A stretch of 27,706 nt of DNA, from assembly GCA_031405795.1 (NCBI GenBank), contig JANNJI010000175.1, positions 1-27,706 of the forward strand, written 5' to 3'. Position numbers and translations under genes: made by a program. The notes under the pieces were generated by a model. That model saw nothing but the letters and a program-made list of their open reading frames with translations. It was not told the DNA's origin and made no database searches. Shown one piece after another: positions 25,441 to 27,706 of the stretch (the first letter of the stretch is position 1; the number at the start of each line of letters is the position of its first letter). The stretch is from Gammaproteobacteria bacterium. Lineage in GTDB: Bacteria; Pseudomonadota; Gammaproteobacteria; UBA6429; Thiohalophilaceae.

Positions 25441-26130
25441 ATGCTGGATTCATTGAGAAAGCCGCTTTTTATTATTGCCTTGATATTGCTGGTAATTGCC
25501 GTGCTCGTGGAAATGGGTTCAGTACTGCTCGCTGAAACAATAAAAAATGCGCCCCAGCCTGGTCTGGGTATTTCGTATCTGGTGTTGATCGATGGGATGC
25601 TGCTTTACATCATCTGCTTAATTGGCGTTGCGCTGATTCTGCCAGAACGAGTTTATGGACGCGTCCAGGGTGTGATCACGTTTATAGTTTCGTTATTGAT
25701 ATTGCTTGGCTCGATCGTGCTGATATTTAAAGCGCTATTGTTATTAATGTTAATGTTGTCATTGTTGATGGCTGTGCCATTTGGAACCATCGCCTATTTT
25801 GCACTATACGCAGATTTTAATACGAAAGGTGCGGCTGTTACGCTGGGAATAATCATGTCGTTAAAGTTATTTTTTGCCGGATTTCTGGTGTTTTCGCACC
25901 AGCGGTTTTTGCAAAACAAGAGCCTCATATTTTTGATCCTGACATCACTGCTGGCGAGCATCATTGTTAGTTTTTTACATGGGTTTGTCCCGGGGTTTCT
26001 CGTTAGCATAACAGATGCCATCGGCGCACTTGTTATTGCTATTCTAGCGGCGATATGGGCAGTATTTTTGTTAATTGGTTCTATCCCGGCAATTATAAAG
26101 GCATTGAGGGTTGATAGAGCGCTAAGTTAA
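25441..26130 (+). CDS. Polytopic membrane protein (about 6-7 TM helices)
   Basis: Almost entirely hydrophobic segments separated by short polar loops. Confidence 0.8.
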   Translation: MLDSLRKPLFIIALILLVIAVLVEMGSVLLAETIKNAPQPGLGISYLVLIDGMLLYIICLIGVALILPERVYGRVQGVITFIVSLLILLGSIVLIFKALLLLMLMLSLLMAVPFGTIAYFALYADFNTKGAAVTLGIIMSLKLFFAGFLVFSHQRFLQNKSLIFLILTSLLASIIVSFLHGFVPGFLVSITDAIGALVIAILAAIWAVFLLIGSIPAIIKALRVDRALS

Positions 26131-26202
26131 TTATTTGTAACCCATATGTAACAATTTTTTTGATATAAATATGCTTATTAATAAAAATATTAAGGAAATA
26201 CC

Positions 26203-26871
26203 ATGTCAGAATTGGTAAAAGGACTTTTGACTGTCGTCGTCAGTACGGTACTGATGACAGGCATGTTTGTACTATTAAACATTATTTCTGGCGACATCAT
26301 TCCGCTTGGTTGGGCTGCGTTAATCGGTGCATTATTTGGATTTGGTTATGGCTTAGAAGCCGGAATCGTCGGGATTTATCCATTATCAGAGTTTAAAGGT
26401 TGGCTGGAACTGATTATTGATGCGACCTGGAGCCTGCCTAACACTGTATTTGGTTTCATTTTCGCCAACTGCATTTATCCATTTTTCGGCAACATTTCAA
26501 AAACTCGCAGTAAGGATAGCGGTTGGATTGTCTATATGCCGACCTCAACCGGTAGCGGATTTGGTAATTCCGTATTACAGACATTGGGAACAATCAACTT
26601 AGGTGGCGCAGGGCAACACGAACGTATGCATCTGTTACAGGCAAGGATATTAGGTCCCCTCTATTTGACGCTTTATGCGATTAACTACATTGTCACTTTC
26701 CTGATTCAGGTTTTATGGACATTTACTGTCGGCGGACTGTTGTGGCTGCTTAAAGTACGTAATAAACCCTATTTTAATCCATCAGGACATTCCGCTGTAC
26801 CAGGATTTTTCGGCTGGATTTATTATGCCACGGTATTTGAATTATGGGCATATGCATCGGGTAATCCCTGA
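26203..26871 (+). CDS. Membrane protein with Gly-rich helices and HExxH motif
   Basis: N-terminal TM helices, GALFGFGYGLEAG, WSLPNTVFG, QHERMHLLQARILGPLY, C-terminal FELWAY. RBS AAGGA. Confidence 0.72.
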   Translation: MSELVKGLLTVVVSTVLMTGMFVLLNIISGDIIPLGWAALIGALFGFGYGLEAGIVGIYPLSEFKGWLELIIDATWSLPNTVFGFIFANCIYPFFGNISKTRSKDSGWIVYMPTSTGSGFGNSVLQTLGTINLGGAGQHERMHLLQARILGPLYLTLYAINYIVTFLIQVLWTFTVGGLLWLLKVRNKPYFNPSGHSAVPGFFGWIYYATVFELWAYASGNP

Positions 26872-26944
26872 TCGCCAAGTAAGATGTATTTTGTATTGGA
26901 AATTATGTACCAATAGGATGTTAACTAAAAAAGGAGAAGCTTGT

Positions 26945-27316
26945 ATGGCAAGAAGCGTAGTACCAACTGAACCATTTCGTGAAAAATTATTGAAATTCTG
27001 TCCAACAGAAACGGTAGGCGCCTGTCTGGCAGCGTTAGGCATGCTTTCTGCGATGGACCCCGGCACATTGCATACCACATTGCTGTGGGTTGTTTTTGCG
27101 GCTGGTCTTATTGCGACACCATTCTGGCTTATTTATAAAATGGATATGCGCAAGCCTTTGCAAGTGATCGTCGCGACGCTTGCATTCATTATTTGGATGA
27201 TGACGATTGACGGCGGGCCGTTTTCAACGATACCCGGCTATCAATTAGTGATTGGTTCAGTGGCGCTGATTATTTTTTCAGGATTTATCGCACCACTGCT
27301 TGGTAATATTGAGTAG
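26945..27316 (+). CDS. Small 4-TM membrane protein, paralog A
   Basis: True start is probably the ATG at 26945 (AAGGAG upstream) rather than 26825. KLLKFCPTE...TPFWLIY...LQV...FIIWMM. Confidence 0.8.
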   Translation: MARSVVPTEPFREKLLKFCPTETVGACLAALGMLSAMDPGTLHTTLLWVVFAAGLIATPFWLIYKMDMRKPLQVIVATLAFIIWMMTIDGGPFSTIPGYQLVIGSVALIIFSGFIAPLLGNIE

Positions 27317-27386
27317 TAATGCTTTCATTCAGTGATGTTGTGCATAACATAGTCAATTTTAAAATTTAAAAACAAGGAGATACAAC

Positions 27387-27706
27387 GTGGCTAGTTCAGG
27401 GAATATAAATAGATCGATTGATCGTGATGATGTTTATAGCAAACTCTTGCTTAAGATGCTGCCAACGGAAATGGTAGGCGTCTGTTTGGCGGTGATTGGT
27501 ACAATATTTTCGTTCACGGAACCAGGTGGGCTGCAAACAGGACTATTGTGGACTGTATTTGCGGTAGGACTAATCGCAACCCCTTTTTGGCTTATTTATG
27601 GCATGGAAATCAAAAAACCATTGCAGGTCGTTATCACCACGATCGGTTTTGTTATCTGGATGATGACGATGAAAGGTCCGTTTACCACATTACCTGGTTA
27701 CCAACT
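27387..27706 (+). CDS. Small membrane protein, paralog B (3' truncated, absent from the ORF track)
   Basis: AAGGAG then GTG at 27387. Translates as MASSGNINRSIDRDDVYSKLLLKMLPTEMVGVCLAVIG...GLIATPFWLIYGMEIKKPLQVV...IWMMTMKGPFTTLPGYQ, open to the window end. Confidence 0.85.
   Translation, partial: MASSGNINRSIDRDDVYSKLLLKMLPTEMVGVCLAVIGTIFSFTEPGGLQTGLLWTVFAVGLIATPFWLIYGMEIKKPLQVVITTIGFVIWMMTMKGPFTTLPGYQ

Larger units (their letters stand above)
10679..27706 (+). other. Contractile injection system (eCIS, Afp/PVC-like) gene cluster, continuing past the window end
   Basis: Co-oriented Pvc16, 2 sheaths, 2 tubes, LysM/Afp7, VgrG-like spike, gp25, baseplate J and gpI-like genes. No capsid, terminase, portal or integrase genes. 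Confidence 0.93.

Noticed and set aside
24602-25442. Antisense ORFs 24602-25105 and 25119-25442, and similar shadow ORFs throughout
   Set aside because: They lie opposite or out of frame within well-supported genes and show no family motifs.
26825-26944. ORF-track N-terminal extension of 4-TM paralog A
   Set aside because: It overlaps the previous gene; the RBS and paralog alignment support the start at 26945.
1-27706. CRISPR array to accompany cas6
   Set aside because: No regularly spaced 25-40 nt direct repeats were seen anywhere in the window.

Overview
The window has two parts. About 1-7460 is a block of housekeeping or hypothetical genes whose families suggest a gammaproteobacterial sulfur oxidiser (inference). 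It holds a TauD-like oxygenase (5' truncated), a small ORF, an orphan Cas6 with no array or other cas genes in the window, a cysteine-free DsrC/TusE-like protein, two more 2OG-Fe(II) oxygenases, a Cys-cluster protein and a GNAT. From about 7740 to the end is a contractile injection system (eCIS, Afp/PVC-like) locus. It starts with a sigma-54 enhancer-binding protein, a divergent lipoprotein, and an intergenic region with three GGGT-N8-ACCC boxes and a near-consensus -24/-12 promoter. The operon then runs: small wHTH-like protein, Pvc16, two sheaths, two tubes, a low-complexity protein, Afp7/LysM, VgrG-like spike, PAAR-like tip, gp25, a baseplate-J with an inserted beta-propeller, and a gpI-like protein. 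Where tail fibres would be expected there are two paralogous single-pass membrane proteins (one with 4 PASTA domains, one with a Cys-repeat domain) and five more membrane proteins. No AAA+ ATPase, second baseplate gene or recognisable fibre is present in the window. The main hypothesis is a sigma-54-controlled, membrane-tethered CIS variant. All calls come from reading motifs by eye; no searches were run.
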